Shown piece after piece: positions 28,502-38,440 of a stretch of 64,000 nt of DNA. This stretch comes from Kiritimatiellia bacterium (lineage in GTDB: Bacteria > Verrucomicrobiota > Kiritimatiellia > JAAZAB01), in assembly GCA_040767085.1 (NCBI GenBank), contig JAXGPF010000009.1, positions 32,001 to 96,000 of the forward strand, read 5' to 3'. Every line of letters begins with the position of its first letter. Position 1 is the stretch's first letter. The notes below the pieces were generated by a model. It saw only the letters and a list, made by a program, of their open reading frames with translations. It ran no database searches and was not told where the DNA came from. Position numbers and translations under genes: made by a program.

Positions 28502-29251
28502 TCACGTAAAATCCACCAGGCCCTTTTCGCGGACGCTGACGAAGTCCCGCTCGGCGCCGCCGGCGCGCCCCAGCACCACGTGGTCGAGCACACGGATGGA
28601 GATGATTTTGCCGGCATCGATCAACTGGCGGGTGATGTGCAAATCTTCCGCGGAAGGCGTCGGATCGCCGGAGGGATGGTTATGGGCCAGGACCACGGCG
28701 GCGCTGGCGGCCTGGATGGCGGCGCGGAAGACTTCGCGCGGATGCACCAGGCTGGCGTTCAGCAAGCCGCGGCTGACGGGTATCGGCCGCCCCTGCAGGC
28801 GGTTCTTGGTGTTCAGCAGCAAAACCCAGAAAGTTTCGCCCTTCAGCACCCGCGCATCTTCGCGGAGCGCCGCCGCCACGTCGGCGGGGGTGCGGATGGC
28901 CGGCGCCTCTTCGAGTTTCTCGTCCGCCAGCCGCCGCCCCAGTTCCAGCGCCGCCTTCAACACCTGAGCCTTGACCGGCCCGAGGCCCGGCCCCCGCAAT
29001 TCCCGTTCCGATGCCGCCGCCAGTTCCGAAAGCGAACCATAGCGCCGCAGCAGACGCCGGGCGAGTTCCAGCACATTCAACCCGCGCGTGCCGCTGCGGA
29101 GGATGATGGCCAGCAGGACGTCGTCTTCCACGGAATCCACGCCGAAACGCTCCAGCAATTCGCGCGGGCGCTGGCAAGCCGGCAAATCGCGCAGGCGGTA
29201 AACAACATCCTCCGGCGGGGATGGCGCATCAGGCTGAGTGGTCTTTTTCAT
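28502..29251 (-). CDS. radC: RadC family JAB-domain protein (long form)
   Basis: RPRE, LLAIILRSG, HhH GLGPVKA, VHPREVF, AHNHPSGDP.PS.ED, LDHVV. Confidence 0.93.
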   Translation of the reverse strand: MKKTTQPDAPSPPEDVVYRLRDLPACQRPRELLERFGVDSVEDDVLLAIILRSGTRGLNVLELARRLLRRYGSLSELAAASERELRGPGLGPVKAQVLKAALELGRRLADEKLEEAPAIRTPADVAAALREDARVLKGETFWVLLLNTKNRLQGRPIPVSRGLLNASLVHPREVFRAAIQAASAAVVLAHNHPSGDPTPSAEDLHITRQLIDAGKIISIRVLDHVVLGRAGGAERDFVSVREKGLVDFT

Positions 29252-30203
29252 AGGTTTCCACCTTGATGGCAACCGGCCCATGCCCTTCCCAGTATGCCTG
29301 CACCAGGACGGCGCGCTGCGCTACCGGCAGCTTGCGGTCGATTTCGATCCAATCCACGCGCAGCTTGTGACGGAACCAGGTCATCTGTTTCTTGGCCAGT
29401 TGACGGGTGCGCACGATCACGCGTTCCAGGGCTGCCGCCGCGGTGCAGTCGCCGCGCAAACATGCCATGGCCTCGGCATAGCCGATCGCCTGCCCGGCGG
29501 TTGGCGCTTCGGCCAGGCCGGCGGCCATCAAGCGGCGGGTTTCCTCCAGGAGGCCGGCGGCAAACATGGCCCGCGCGCGCTCCACGATTACCGCCTGCAA
29601 CTGGTCCGGCGGCAGACGCAGTCCGGGGATGGACGGCGGCGACGCCGGCGGATTCGCGGCCGGTGCGGCCGGCGCGGCACGCGCGAGTTCGAACGCCCGC
29701 ACCAGGCGCCGCGGATTGTCCGGATCCCGCAGGCGCGCCAAGTGGTCCGGAGCAAGTTCCCGCAGGCGCGCCGCGAGCGCCGCCGCGCCCCCGCCGCGCA
29801 GGATTTCCTCCGCCTCCGCCCGCCAGGCCGGATCGGGCGGCGGACGGCGTTCCAGTCCCTGCAACAGGCACTGGAGATACAATCCCGTGCCGCCGACCAC
29901 GATCAGGGGTTGTCGGCGCGCCGCCGCGCGGCGGGCAGCCGCGCAGGCCGCGCGGTAATAAAGGCTGAGGTTGCACGGTTCGCCCGGTTCCGCCAGGTCC
30001 AGTCCGGCATAAGGCACTTCCGCGCGTTCCGCCGGCGTGGGCTTGGCGGTGCCGATATCCATCCCCCGGTACAGCAGCATGGAATCGGCCGACAGGATGG
30101 CAGCGCCCATGCGCCGCGCCAGCCAATGCGCCACGGCGGATTTGCCCGATGCCGTACAGCCGGTCAAGTAATATGCTCGGCACACCTTGGTTCCCCGTTG
30201 CAT
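29229..30203 (-). CDS. miaA: tRNA dimethylallyltransferase
   Basis: GCTASGKS, ADS…YRGMDIGTAKP, VGGTGLY, AIGY.E, TRQLAKKQ.TWF; start uncertain (30185 or 30203). Confidence 0.93.
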   Translation of the reverse strand: MQRGTKVCRAYYLTGCTASGKSAVAHWLARRMGAAILSADSMLLYRGMDIGTAKPTPAERAEVPYAGLDLAEPGEPCNLSLYYRAACAAARRAAARRQPLIVVGGTGLYLQCLLQGLERRPPPDPAWRAEAEEILRGGGAAALAARLRELAPDHLARLRDPDNPRRLVRAFELARAAPAAPAANPPASPPSIPGLRLPPDQLQAVIVERARAMFAAGLLEETRRLMAAGLAEAPTAGQAIGYAEAMACLRGDCTAAAALERVIVRTRQLAKKQMTWFRHKLRVDWIEIDRKLPVAQRAVLVQAYWEGHGPVAIKVETYEKDHSA

Positions 30204-30238
30204 GCCAGCGGCTGGCGGCGGGCAAACGCCCGGCGGGA

Positions 30239-30706
30239 TCAACCTGCCGCCGGGGCCGGCGTCCGGCCGCCGCGCCAGGCCGAAATCAAATAGATCGCAA
30301 CGCCCAGAAAAATGGCGGCATCCGCCAGGTTAAAGGTCGGCCAGTGGTGCCGGCGCCAGTAAAAATCGAGAAAATCCACCACCCAGCCCAGGCGGATACG
30401 GTCAATCAGGTTGCCCAGAACGCCGCCGAGCATCAATCCCAACGCCAGCCGGTGCACGCCGCGCGCATCCACCAGCCAGCGGTAAAAAAAAGCGATTGCC
30501 GCCAGCGCCGCCAACGAGAAAAGCGTCAGCCAGACATTTTGATGCTGCAAGGTTCCCCACACCGCGCCGGTATTGCGGACATGTGTCAGGCTGAAAAAAC
30601 CGGGCCAGAGGGCCACCGACTCTCCCAGCAGGAGGCGAGCCTGCACCAGGTGCTTGGTCCACTGATCCAAACCGGCCAACGCCAGGGCCAGCGCCAGGGT
30701 AATCAC
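30239..30706 (-). CDS. lspA: Signal peptidase II
   Basis: LDQWTK, NTGA.WG, GNLIDR, VVDF, FNLAD. Confidence 0.94.
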   Translation of the reverse strand: MITLALALALAGLDQWTKHLVQARLLLGESVALWPGFFSLTHVRNTGAVWGTLQHQNVWLTLFSLAALAAIAFFYRWLVDARGVHRLALGLMLGGVLGNLIDRIRLGWVVDFLDFYWRRHHWPTFNLADAAIFLGVAIYLISAWRGGRTPAPAAG

Positions 30707-31323
30707 TCATCCTCCGCCGGCGGTTCCGTCTGAGTTTTGTCGCTGGCGGCATACATCGCCGAGACATCCGCCGCCCGCATGCGCTTGCGGTCCATCTCGG
30801 AACGGGACTGGCAGGCGACGCACATGCGGGAATACGGCAGGACCATCATGCGGGATTTCTCGATGGCGCAGCCGCAGCTTTCGCACAAACCGTAAGAGCC
30901 GATGGCCAGACGGTTCAAGGCCTCGTCAATTTCAAAAACGATATCCTGGCCGGAACTGACGCGGGTCAGTGCGAAATCGCGGTCATAATTATCCGTGCCC
31001 TGTTCCTCCGAGCGGAAATTGATTTCCGCGTCATTCTGCGTACGGTTGAGATTGTCCGTCGCCAGGAAATTAATCTGGCCGGTGATCCGTTCCCGCAGCC
31101 GGAGCAGCGCTTCGCGCATTCCGCTGTAATCCGGCGCCTTCCGGCGCGGCTGGCCTGACGGGGCGGAGCGGGCCGCGGTTTTTTTGACGGCCGGGCCGGC
31201 TTTCTTCCTGGCGGCCGGGCCAGCTTTTTTCCTGGCGGCGGGCGCAAGTTTGGCGCGCGCCTTTTTCACCGCCGGCCGCGACGGTTTCGTCTTCGATTTA
31301 TTCCGCACATCTTTTTTTGCCAT
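30703..31323 (-). CDS. DksA/TraR C4 zinc-finger protein with Lys/Ala-rich N-terminal tail
   Basis: GTDNYDRD, I.EAL.R…G.YG.CESC…RMCVAC; AARKKAGP twice. Confidence 0.85.
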   Translation of the reverse strand: MAKKDVRNKSKTKPSRPAVKKARAKLAPAARKKAGPAARKKAGPAVKKTAARSAPSGQPRRKAPDYSGMREALLRLRERITGQINFLATDNLNRTQNDAEINFRSEEQGTDNYDRDFALTRVSSGQDIVFEIDEALNRLAIGSYGLCESCGCAIEKSRMMVLPYSRMCVACQSRSEMDRKRMRAADVSAMYAASDKTQTEPPAEDE

Positions 31324-31386
31324 GTCGCATTCCTTGCTAAATGTTATTTATATATTAACAAACCCGCGCCGGTAAAGCAACCGCAT

Positions 31387-34300
31387 TTAACGGCGGCCAA
31401 CCGCCACGCGAAACCGCCTCCCGCCGATTTCCTCCTCCGCCTCGGCGTCCGCCGCGCCCGCGGGGATGTCCGCCATTTCTGCCAGGGCCAACTCCGCCAG
31501 GCGCTCCCGCCAGGGCTGGGGCAGCGGGCCTTCCAGCACCAGCCGGATGCGGTCGCTGACGGCGTACCCGGCGCGTTTGCGCAGGTCCTGAATCAGGCGA
31601 TTCAACTCGTTCGCCAGCCCCTCTTCTTCCAGCGCGGGAGTCAGCCGGCGGTCTAACGCCACCAACACCCCGCGATCGGCCATTACCTCGGCGCCGTCGC
31701 GGCCGACGTAATTGACCGCCACCTGGCTGCGTTCCAACGTCCATTCTTCCGCGCCGTCGAAGACGACGATCTTGTCACCCGACTCGCGCGCCTGGCCGGC
31801 CTTGGCGGCGCGGATGATGCGCTGGGTGGCGCGGCCCCACAGCGGACCGATACTCCGGGCATCGGGCGTCGCGCGCAATTCCGCCAATTCGGAATAATCG
31901 CGCAGGATGACGATTTTTTTGACATTCAACTCGTGGGCGACAACTTCCCGCTGCGCCGGGGTCAGGCGCGCCAGCATGTCCGGCGGAGCCGCCACGGAAA
32001 GCGCAGCCAGCGGCTGGCGCACCCGGATACCGAGCTGCTGGCGCAGCGCCAGCCCCAGCGACACCACGAGGCGCGCCAGGCGCGTTTCCTCCACCAAAGC
32101 CGGGTTGGCATATGCATCCGGCACGGCGGGCCAGTCGGCCAGGTGCACGGACTCCTCGCCGGTCAAATTGCGGTAAATCACGTCCGTGAGGAAAGGCGCC
32201 GCGGGCGCCAGCAGCTTGGCGGTGGTGATCAGCACATAATACAGCGTGTCGTAGGCAGCACGCTTGCCGGGCGTCAGACCGCCGCCCCAGAAACGCTCCC
32301 GCGACTGGCGGACATACCAGTTGGTCAAATCATCCAGGAAGTCGAACAGCGGGGCCAGGGCGTGGTTGAGGTAAAAGCCACGGTAGGCTTCCGTTACCCT
32401 GCGCTCCGCGTCCTGGAGCACCGCCAGAATCCAGCGGTCCAGCGGATGATCGGGGCTGGGCGCGGCGGCGGGATTGCCGCGGTAACCGTCAATATTGGCG
32501 TAAGTGACAAAGAACGAGTAAACATTCCACAGCGGCAGCAGCACCCGCCGCGCCTGTTCCGGCACGCCGGCGTCCTTGAAATTCATATCTTCCATGGCCA
32601 CGGCGGGCGAGTTCAACAGGTAGAGCCGCAAGGCATCCGCGCCATGCCGGTCAATCAATTCCATCGGGTCGGTGAAATTTTTGCGCGACTTGGAAATCTT
32701 GGTTCCATCCGCCGCCAGCAGCGTGCCGTGCACCAGGCATTGCTTGAAGGCGGCGCGCCCCAGCAGGGCTGCGGCCAGGACGTGCAGGTAATAAAACCAG
32801 CCGCGGATTTGCCCCGGATACTCAATGATGAAATCGGCGGGGAAATGAGTTTCAAACCATTCCCGGTTTTCGAACGGATAATGACATTGCCCGTATGGCA
32901 TCGCGCCGGATTCAAACCAGCAATCCAGCACTTCCGGCACCCGGTGCATCCGCCCGCCGCAGGCCGGACAGACAGGCACGACCTGGTCCAGGTGTTCCTT
33001 ATGCAGGTCGCTGATCTCCCGGCCGGCGGCCGCCGCGATTTCCGCGCGCGATCCCATCACCAGCCGCCGGCCGCAGGCGTGATTATCGCAGATCCAGACC
33101 GGGATGGGCGTGCCCCAGTAACGCGAGCGCGAGATATTCCAATCTCGCGCGCCTTCCAGCCATTTGCCGAAACGGCCATGCTGAACGTGTTCGGGCACCC
33201 AGCGGATTGTCTCGTTGAGACGCAGAAGCTCGGGCTTGATTTTTTCGACGGCAAAATACCAGGCATCCATCGCCCGGTAAATCAAAGGCGTGCGGCAGCG
33301 CCAGCAATGCGGATAATTATGGTCCAGGGTGCGGTGCGCCAGCAGCAGGCGCCGTTCCTTGAGCGTCCGGATCACATCCCGGTTGCAATCGTGCACATTG
33401 CGGCCGGCGAAATCCGGGACTTCGTCCGTGAAACAGCCGCGGGCGTCCACGGGATTGCGCACGCCCACGCCGTGGCGCTTGCACAGCCAATAGTCCTCTT
33501 CGCCGAAGGCCGGCGCGCAATGCACAATCCCCACCCCGTCGGTCAGCGTCACGAAATCCGCCGGCAGGATGCGAAAGGCGCCCCGTTGGCCATCGGCCAG
33601 GAAGTAAGGGAAAAGCGGGGTATAACGCCGGCCGACCAGGTCCCGGCCGGCGAAGCGGGCGGCAATCCGTGGCGTGGCGCCGAAAATGCCGGACCACTGC
33701 GGCAGGAGGGCCTCGGCCATCACCAGCATCCGGCCGTCATGCTCGAAGGCCGCATACTGGTAGTCCGGCCCGACCGCCAGCGCCAGGTTGGACGGCAGGG
33801 TCCAGGGCGTGGTGGTCCAGGCCAGGTAGTAAGTCGGCAACCCTTCCAGATCATCCTCCGCCTTGAAAGCCACCAGAATTTCCGGGTCCTGGCGCGGCCG
33901 GGTGGAGTCGGATTCGCGGGTGTCGGAAATGGACAAGGCCGTTTCGCAGTGATAGCAATACGGTGTAACGCGGTAATCGCGGTAAATTAAGCCGCGGTCG
34001 TAAGCCTGCTTGAAGACCCACAGCACGGATTCCATGTAATCCGAATCCAGCGTGCGGTAGGCATGTTCGTAATCCACCCAGCGGCCGATCTTGCGGATAT
34101 ACTCCGCCCAGGCCGTATTGCAATCGGCCACCAGGCGCCGGCAGGCATCGTTAAACGCGGCCACGCCGTAGCGGGATTCAATTTCCGTCTTATCGCGGAT
34201 GCCAAGCTGTTTTTCGACGGCGTTTTCAATGGGCAGCCCGTGGCAATCCCACCCCCAGCGCCGCGGCACCGACCAGCCGGCCATCGTGAAAAAGCGCGCC

Positions 34301-34497
34301 ATTGCATCCTTGAGGATAGAGACGAAAATGGTGCCGTAATGCGGGGCGCCGGTCGGGAAAGGCGGCCCATCGTAAAACACCATCTCCTTTTGGGAACGGG
34401 CCAGGGATTTCGCGAAGATGCGGCGCTGCTCCCACTCGTCGAGTAATTGGCGTTCCTGCGCGGGGAAATCAACATTGGAAGGGACTAGGTTATACAT
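31387..34497 (-). CDS. ileS: Isoleucine--tRNA ligase, type 2 (IleRS2)
   Basis: FYDGPPF, GWDCHGLP, WTTTPWTLPSN, GIVH.APAFGEED, DWNISRSRYWGTPIP, EVLDCWFESG; upstream of lspA. Confidence 0.93.
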   Translation of the reverse strand: MYNLVPSNVDFPAQERQLLDEWEQRRIFAKSLARSQKEMVFYDGPPFPTGAPHYGTIFVSILKDAMARFFTMAGWSVPRRWGWDCHGLPIENAVEKQLGIRDKTEIESRYGVAAFNDACRRLVADCNTAWAEYIRKIGRWVDYEHAYRTLDSDYMESVLWVFKQAYDRGLIYRDYRVTPYCYHCETALSISDTRESDSTRPRQDPEILVAFKAEDDLEGLPTYYLAWTTTPWTLPSNLALAVGPDYQYAAFEHDGRMLVMAEALLPQWSGIFGATPRIAARFAGRDLVGRRYTPLFPYFLADGQRGAFRILPADFVTLTDGVGIVHCAPAFGEEDYWLCKRHGVGVRNPVDARGCFTDEVPDFAGRNVHDCNRDVIRTLKERRLLLAHRTLDHNYPHCWRCRTPLIYRAMDAWYFAVEKIKPELLRLNETIRWVPEHVQHGRFGKWLEGARDWNISRSRYWGTPIPVWICDNHACGRRLVMGSRAEIAAAAGREISDLHKEHLDQVVPVCPACGGRMHRVPEVLDCWFESGAMPYGQCHYPFENREWFETHFPADFIIEYPGQIRGWFYYLHVLAAALLGRAAFKQCLVHGTLLAADGTKISKSRKNFTDPMELIDRHGADALRLYLLNSPAVAMEDMNFKDAGVPEQARRVLLPLWNVYSFFVTYANIDGYRGNPAAAPSPDHPLDRWILAVLQDAERRVTEAYRGFYLNHALAPLFDFLDDLTNWYVRQSRERFWGGGLTPGKRAAYDTLYYVLITTAKLLAPAAPFLTDVIYRNLTGEESVHLADWPAVPDAYANPALVEETRLARLVVSLGLALRQQLGIRVRQPLAALSVAAPPDMLARLTPAQREVVAHELNVKKIVILRDYSELAELRATPDARSIGPLWGRATQRIIRAAKAGQARESGDKIVVFDGAEEWTLERSQVAVNYVGRDGAEVMADRGVLVALDRRLTPALEEEGLANELNRLIQDLRKRAGYAVSDRIRLVLEGPLPQPWRERLAELALAEMADIPAGAADAEAEEEIGGRRFRVAVGRR

Positions 34498-34573
34498 GAT
34501 GCACCGGCCCTTGAGGCGCCGCATGGCCGGATCGTTCGCCGGTCCGGCCAACCGTCGGTAAAAATGGTTTGCG

Positions 34574-34654
34574 ATTGTAGCATATCCCGCCGCGGCTTCA
34601 AGTCTTTTTCCAAGGAAAAAATGCTTGTGATGCCGGCTGGACGTATGTTATAAA
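34574..34654. promoter_or_regulatory. Back-to-back sigma70-like promoters for ileS and the ankyrin/salvage operon
   Basis: Minus strand: TTGAAG-16-TACAAT with TGn (34601-34574). Plus strand: TTGTGA…TGtTATAAA (34625-34654). Confidence 0.5.
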
Positions 34655-34721
34655 TTCAAGCAAGGCAGGCAGCGCCGCCGATTGCGGCGCCGGCCCAGCC
34701 GGCTATGCGAGGAGAATTGTT

Positions 34722-35423
34722 ATGCGTTGGACACTCATTGCCGCCGCGCTGGCGCTGCTGCTGCCGCTGGCGCGCGCCACGCCCTTGACCGAAACCACGC
34801 TCACCGACGCCCCACCCGCGCCGGAGTTTTCGGCGGAAGGATTCATGCAAGCGTTGCATCATGCCGACAGCCAGGTGGTCCAGGAATACTGCCGCGCCGG
34901 CGGCGATGTCAATGTCTGCAACCAGTACACCGGGATGTCGCCGCTGCATTACGCCGCCGGCAACAACCGCCGCTCAGCCGCCGAATTGCTGCTGAACGCC
35001 GGCGCCAAGGTCAACCAGCGCAACAAGACCGGAGCCACGCCGCTGCATCTGGCCGCCGCCCGCGGCCTGCAAGACATGGCCATCCTGCTGCTGCGCCAGG
35101 GCGCCGAAATTGATGCGCACGACCGGGACGGCTTCACCCCGCTGCACCTGGCGGCCCAGCATAATCACCCGGAAATGGTGTTGCTGCTGGCCGGCTGGGG
35201 CGCAGACTTGGAAGCCCGCACCAATGATCGGGGGCTGACCCCTCTGCATTGGGCCGCATTCATCGGCTGCCCCAACACCGTCAAGGCGCTGATGCGCTGC
35301 GGCGCCAACCTGGGCGCCACGGATAATCTCGGCCGCACCCCGTACGAATGGGCCAGCCACTATCTTCACACATCCTCCGCTCGCATCCTGGCGCGCCGCG
35401 GCGGGCACTGGTTCGGACATTAA
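34722..35423 (+). CDS. Secreted ankyrin-repeat protein
   Basis: Signal peptide MRWTLIAAALALLLPLARA; repeated G.TPLH.AA…LL..GA; GAGGAG RBS. Confidence 0.9.
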   Translation: MRWTLIAAALALLLPLARATPLTETTLTDAPPAPEFSAEGFMQALHHADSQVVQEYCRAGGDVNVCNQYTGMSPLHYAAGNNRRSAAELLLNAGAKVNQRNKTGATPLHLAAARGLQDMAILLLRQGAEIDAHDRDGFTPLHLAAQHNHPEMVLLLAGWGADLEARTNDRGLTPLHWAAFIGCPNTVKALMRCGANLGATDNLGRTPYEWASHYLHTSSARILARRGGHWFGH

Positions 35424-36229
35424 TGCCTATTGCCCTCCCCGATTACCACATCCACACGCCGTTATGCAAGCATGCCGCCGGCGCGCCGGAGGAATATAAG
35501 CTTACCGCCGCATGCCGCGGGATGCCGGAGTTGTGTTTTGCCGACCATGCCCCCGCGCCGGACGGCTACGACGCCCGGTACCGCATGGCGCTGGACGATT
35601 TCCCGGAGTACCGCCGCATGGTGGCCGCGATTCAAGACCATCAGCCGCCGGCCATTGGTTTCGGGATTGAAGCCGACTATTACCCCGCCGGTTTGGATTT
35701 CCTGAAGTCCTGGCTGCCGCGCCAGCAGTTCGACCTGGTGCTGGGCTCCGTGCATTACATCGGCGATTGGGCCTTCGACAATCCCGACGAGCGCCATATC
35801 TGGGAAAGCGCGGGGGTGGCGGCCGCCTGGGAACGCTATTTTGATCTGGTCGGCGCCATGGCCGATACCCGCCTGTTCGATGTGGTTGCCCACCTGGACT
35901 TGCCGAAAAAATTCGGCTTCCGGCCGCCTGAAAACGCCGTGCGCGCCATGGCTGCGCCGGCGCTGGACCGCATCCGGGCGTCTGGCATGGCGATTGAAAT
36001 CAACACCGCCGGCCTGCGCAAGCCGGCGCGGGAAATGTATCCCGCGCCCTACCTGCTGGAAATGGCGCAGGCGCGCGGGATCCCGATCTGTTTCGGCTCC
36101 GATGCGCACGCGCCCGCGGAAGTGGGCTACGCCTTTCCGGAGGCGCTGGCGCTGGCCCGCGCCGCCGGTTATCGCACGGCCGTGCGCTTCCAGGCGCGGC
36201 GCCAGGTTGCCTACGCCCTGCCGGAATGA
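35423..36229 (+). CDS. Histidinol-phosphatase, HisJ/PHP family
   Basis: DYHIHT..C.HA, DHAP, GIEADY, LGSVH, AHLDL.K, EINTAG, GSDAH. Confidence 0.9.
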   Translation: MPIALPDYHIHTPLCKHAAGAPEEYKLTAACRGMPELCFADHAPAPDGYDARYRMALDDFPEYRRMVAAIQDHQPPAIGFGIEADYYPAGLDFLKSWLPRQQFDLVLGSVHYIGDWAFDNPDERHIWESAGVAAAWERYFDLVGAMADTRLFDVVAHLDLPKKFGFRPPENAVRAMAAPALDRIRASGMAIEINTAGLRKPAREMYPAPYLLEMAQARGIPICFGSDAHAPAEVGYAFPEALALARAAGYRTAVRFQARRQVAYALPE

Positions 36230-36253
36230 ACGCGCCGGACGGACTCCATCCCG

Positions 36254-37582
36254 ATGAATGCCACCGAATCAACACCCATTCAATGGATCATTGAAAACAA
36301 GCGCGACGGCCGGGAACTGCCGGCAGCGGATATCCGCCGGATCATCCGGGGCTATGCCGCGGGCGAAGTGCCGGACTACCAGGTGGCGGCGCTGGCCATG
36401 GCCATCTACTTCCGCGGCATGACGGCCGCCGAGACGGCCGCTCTGACCGCCAGCATGCAGCAGACTGGCGCCACCATGGATTTTTCCGATTTGCCGCAGC
36501 CGAAAATCGATAAACATTCCACCGGCGGCGTCGGCGACAAGATTTCGCTGATCCTCGCCCCGCTGGCGGCGGCGGCCGGGCTGGCCGTGCCCATGATCGC
36601 CGGACGCGGACTGGGCGCCACCGGCGGCACGATTGACAAACTGGAATCCATCCCCGGCTTCCGCACCAACCTGAACACCGCCGAATTTAAAAATGTATTG
36701 CGCCAGTGCGGCTGCTCCATCATCAGCCAATCCGCGGACATTGCGCCGGCCGACAAACGTCTGTATGCCTTGCGCGACGTCACCGGCACGGTGCCTTCCA
36801 TCCCGCTGATCGTCGCCAGCATTCTCAGCAAGAAACTGGCCGCCGGCCTGGACGGACTGGTCCTGGACGTCAAATGGGGCCGGGGCGCCTTCATGGAAGA
36901 TTACGCGGCCGCCCGCCAACTGGCGGCGCGTTTGACCGAGACGGCCGGCGAACTGGGTCTGCCCTGCCGGGCGCTTTTAACCGACATGAACCAGCCGTTG
37001 GGACGCGCGGCCGGCAACGCGCCGGAAGTGGCGGAAGCCGCGGCCGTGCTGCGCGGCCAAGGGCCGGCGGATATCCGGGAACTGGCCGTCGAATTATGCG
37101 CACGCATGTTGTGCATGGGCGCAATTTTTAACGATGCCGCCGCGGCGCGGGAACGCGCCGCGACCGTGCTGGACTCCGGCGCCGCCAGGGAAAGATTCCT
37201 GCGCATGGTGGAATTGCACGGGGGCAATCCGCGGGTTTTCGAGGCCGGTCCGGGCGCCCCGGCTCTGCCCCGGGCCGGCATGCGGCATACCATCGCCGCG
37301 CCGCGCGCCGGTTACATTGCCGGCGTAGATGCCGGACTGATCGGCAAGGCCTGCGTGGCGCTCGGCGCCGGCCGGACGCGCGTGACGGATACCGTTGATC
37401 CCGCGGCGGGGATCACCGGCATCAAAAGAATCGGCGAACCGGTGGAAGCCGGCGCACCGTTGGCGGTGCTCCATGCGCACAACCAGGCCCGGTTGGACGC
37501 CGCGGCGCCGCTGGCGGAACGAGCTTTCGAACTTTCGGAATCGCCGGCCAAACAGCCGGACTTGATCAACGACTGGATCTAG
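36254..37582 (+). CDS. pdp: Pyrimidine-nucleoside/thymidine phosphorylase
   Basis: DKHSTGGVGDK, GRGLG.TGGTIDKLESIPG, ALRDVTGTV, SKKLA, DVK.G.GAFM. Confidence 0.95.
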   Translation: MNATESTPIQWIIENKRDGRELPAADIRRIIRGYAAGEVPDYQVAALAMAIYFRGMTAAETAALTASMQQTGATMDFSDLPQPKIDKHSTGGVGDKISLILAPLAAAAGLAVPMIAGRGLGATGGTIDKLESIPGFRTNLNTAEFKNVLRQCGCSIISQSADIAPADKRLYALRDVTGTVPSIPLIVASILSKKLAAGLDGLVLDVKWGRGAFMEDYAAARQLAARLTETAGELGLPCRALLTDMNQPLGRAAGNAPEVAEAAAVLRGQGPADIRELAVELCARMLCMGAIFNDAAAARERAATVLDSGAARERFLRMVELHGGNPRVFEAGPGAPALPRAGMRHTIAAPRAGYIAGVDAGLIGKACVALGAGRTRVTDTVDPAAGITGIKRIGEPVEAGAPLAVLHAHNQARLDAAAPLAERAFELSESPAKQPDLINDWI

Positions 37583-38428
37583 ATGAGCGATAATATGCAT
37601 GACAATCCACACCATGTCATATCAAAGGCTTTCCCCGGCGCGCGGCCGCGGACGGCGCTGATCTTGGGGTCCGGTTGGGGAGCGGCCGCTGAAATTTTCA
37701 AAAGCCGCGGCAAACTCGCCTATAGCGCCATCCCCGGTTTAGGCGCCGCCACCGTCAGCGGCCATGATGGCCGGCTGATCTGGGGAGAATGCGCCGGCGT
37801 GGAAACGCTGGTCTTCCAGGGCCGCCGCCATTGGTATGAAAATGCGGGCTGGGATCCGGTGCTCTTGCCCGTGCGGATTTGCCGGCAAATGGGAGTCCAA
37901 TACCTGGTGCTGACCAACGCCGCCGGCGGCATCCGCGCCGACCTGCCGCCGGGCGCCCTGATGATCATCGAAGATCATATCAACGCCATGGGCGTCAATC
38001 CCTTGTCGGCCCGGCGCCCCGATGAATGCTCCCCTTTTTTCACAGACCAATCCGCGGTGTATGACGGGCGGCTGCGCGCTCTCGCGCGGGCGGCCGCCGC
38101 CCAAGGCAACCTGGCGGCCGCCACCGGGATTTACCTGGCCGTCAGCGGGCCCAGCTACGAGACGCCGGCGGAAATCCGGATGTACCGGGCGTGGGGGGCG
38201 GATGCCGCCGGGATGTCCACCGTCCCTGAAGCAATGCTGGCGCATGCGCTGGGTTTGCGGGTATTGGGGATTTCCTGCATCACCAATCCGGCCGCCGGAT
38301 TGCAAATGGCGGCGCTCTCCCATGCCGAAGTCACCGCCCAAGCCGCCCAAGCCATGCCCGCCTTGCGCAAGATGCTGGAGTTGCTGTGGCGGAAGCTTGC
38401 CGGGGAACCGGATCACCCAAGGAGCTAA
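37583..38428 (+). CDS. punA: Purine-nucleoside phosphorylase (trimeric type)
   Basis: ILGSG, GH.G, GR.H.YE, TNAAGG, GPSYET.AE, GMSTVPE, CITN. Confidence 0.93.
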   Translation: MSDNMHDNPHHVISKAFPGARPRTALILGSGWGAAAEIFKSRGKLAYSAIPGLGAATVSGHDGRLIWGECAGVETLVFQGRRHWYENAGWDPVLLPVRICRQMGVQYLVLTNAAGGIRADLPPGALMIIEDHINAMGVNPLSARRPDECSPFFTDQSAVYDGRLRALARAAAAQGNLAAATGIYLAVSGPSYETPAEIRMYRAWGADAAGMSTVPEAMLAHALGLRVLGISCITNPAAGLQMAALSHAEVTAQAAQAMPALRKMLELLWRKLAGEPDHPRS

Positions 38429-38440
38429 AGGCGCATTTTC

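Noticed and set aside
28502-29251. RadC as a marker of a mobile or anti-defence element
   Set aside because: It is the long chromosomal form with an HhH region and overlaps miaA in a housekeeping operon
31933-33990. 685-aa plus-strand ORF (likewise 1942-3108, 13664-15409, 42833-44362, 53550-55058, 58471-59979, 60893-62245)
   Set aside because: Antisense shadows of well-supported minus-strand genes, expected at high GC; no recognisable motifs
34498-34580. T-box riboswitch upstream of ileS
   Set aside because: The leader is too short and no T-box consensus or terminator is visible
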